The notes under the pieces were generated by a model. The model had not been told where the DNA came from. It did no database searches and saw only the letters and a program-made list of their open reading frames with translations. The translations under genes were made by a program, and so were the position numbers. A DNA stretch of 64,000 nucleotides, from sequence record OL656110.1; one strand, given 5' to 3'. Shown one piece after another: positions 63,466 to 64,000 of the stretch. The DNA is from Escherichia phage vB_EcoM-RPN242. Position 1 is the first letter of the stretch. Every line of letters begins with the position of its first letter.

Positions 63466-64000
63466 TCAATCCTTCTTGATAACTTCAGTCAGGCCGTTTC
63501 GCAGGCCGTAGCGAATGTTGTGTTGGAAGTATTCCTGGAACTCCTGTTCGCGCTGGCTAATAACAAACAGGTTGTTCCCGCCGAACTTATGCTTCAACAT
63601 CTCAACAGATTCCTGCACCCCGCGCTCGCTCATGTTCTCAAGGATCTCGTCCAGCACGAACAGGTTACATTGTACAGACGCCTTGAGGTTAGCCACATCG
63701 CGCAGAGCTAATGTTACAGCCAGGTTCAGACGACTGCGCTGGCCAGTAGACAGGGAGAAGATACTCTGTCCTTTGCGACCTGCTGCGCTCATGGTGATCT
63801 CAAAGGTATCGTCAACAACGATGTCCAAGAACATGTTGAGGGCTTCAAGATACTCGTTGATCTTGCTATTGAGGAATGGCAAGTACAGGGCGATGATACG
63901 CGCCTTGGTCTGGTCATCCTTCAAGAAGAACAGCAGGTGCTGTAAGTCCTGGAGTTCCTCATCTGCATCTTCACGGAGTTCATACAGAGCCTCCAGTTCA
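63466..64000 (-). CDS. SbcC/Rad50-like ABC ATPase (gp46-like), C-terminal part; 5' end beyond window
   Basis: ABC signature LSTGQRSRLNLAVTLAL and Walker B LFVLDE; reading frame appears to stay open to the window edge. Confidence 0.55.
   Translation of the reverse strand, partial: ELEALYELREDADEELQDLQHLLFFLKDDQTKARIIALYLPFLNSKINEYLEALNMFLDIVVDDTFEITMSAAGRKGQSIFSLSTGQRSRLNLAVTLALRDVANLKASVQCNLFVLDEILENMSERGVQESVEMLKHKFGGNNLFVISQREQEFQEYFQHNIRYGLRNGLTEVIKKD

Noticed and set aside
1-64000. CRISPR array, rRNA or integrase/transposase genes
   Set aside because: No direct-repeat/spacer periodicity, rRNA-like conserved blocks or recombinase motifs were seen; the only mobile elements are the two HNH homing endonuclease genes.

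Overview
This window reads as the left ~64 kb of a T4-like myovirus genome with roughly 50% GC, beginning at the rIIA-rIIB pair; gene content resembles Ackermannviridae (ViI-like) phages, but that is inference only. No similarity search could be run, so every call rests on motifs read directly from the ORF translations and DNA. Confident calls include split topoisomerase II (gp39/gp52), dCMP deaminase, DNA ligase, gp41 helicase, UvsX, dNMP kinase, a thymidylate-synthase-family enzyme, gp32, NrdH-NrdB-NrdA, PhoH, endolysin and gp61 primase. An early accessory island (4.5-18.5 kb) of small plus-strand genes contains a NADAR-like ORF, a macro-domain ORF, a DexA-like exonuclease, a metallophosphoesterase and a MazG-like ORF. 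Two paralogous HNH homing endonucleases are inserted at separate sites. Baseplate/tail genes sit in two blocks (19.1-24.0 kb, 45.3-47.3 kb). The two most interesting candidates are (i) a translationally coupled pyrimidine-modification module (dNTPase, dNMP kinase, uracil-type TS-family enzyme, unusual P-loop kinase) that may specify 5-hydroxymethyl-dU-based DNA hypermodification, and (ii) paired ADP-ribose-processing genes (NADAR-like plus macro) as candidate counter-defence against DNA ADP-ribosylating toxins. Two exact T4-type late promoters (TATAAATA), many hairpin terminators, a recurrent start-codon leader motif and several start-site-occluding hairpins were also found. No tRNA, rRNA or CRISPR array was seen. 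Functional assignments for most small ORFs remain unknown.
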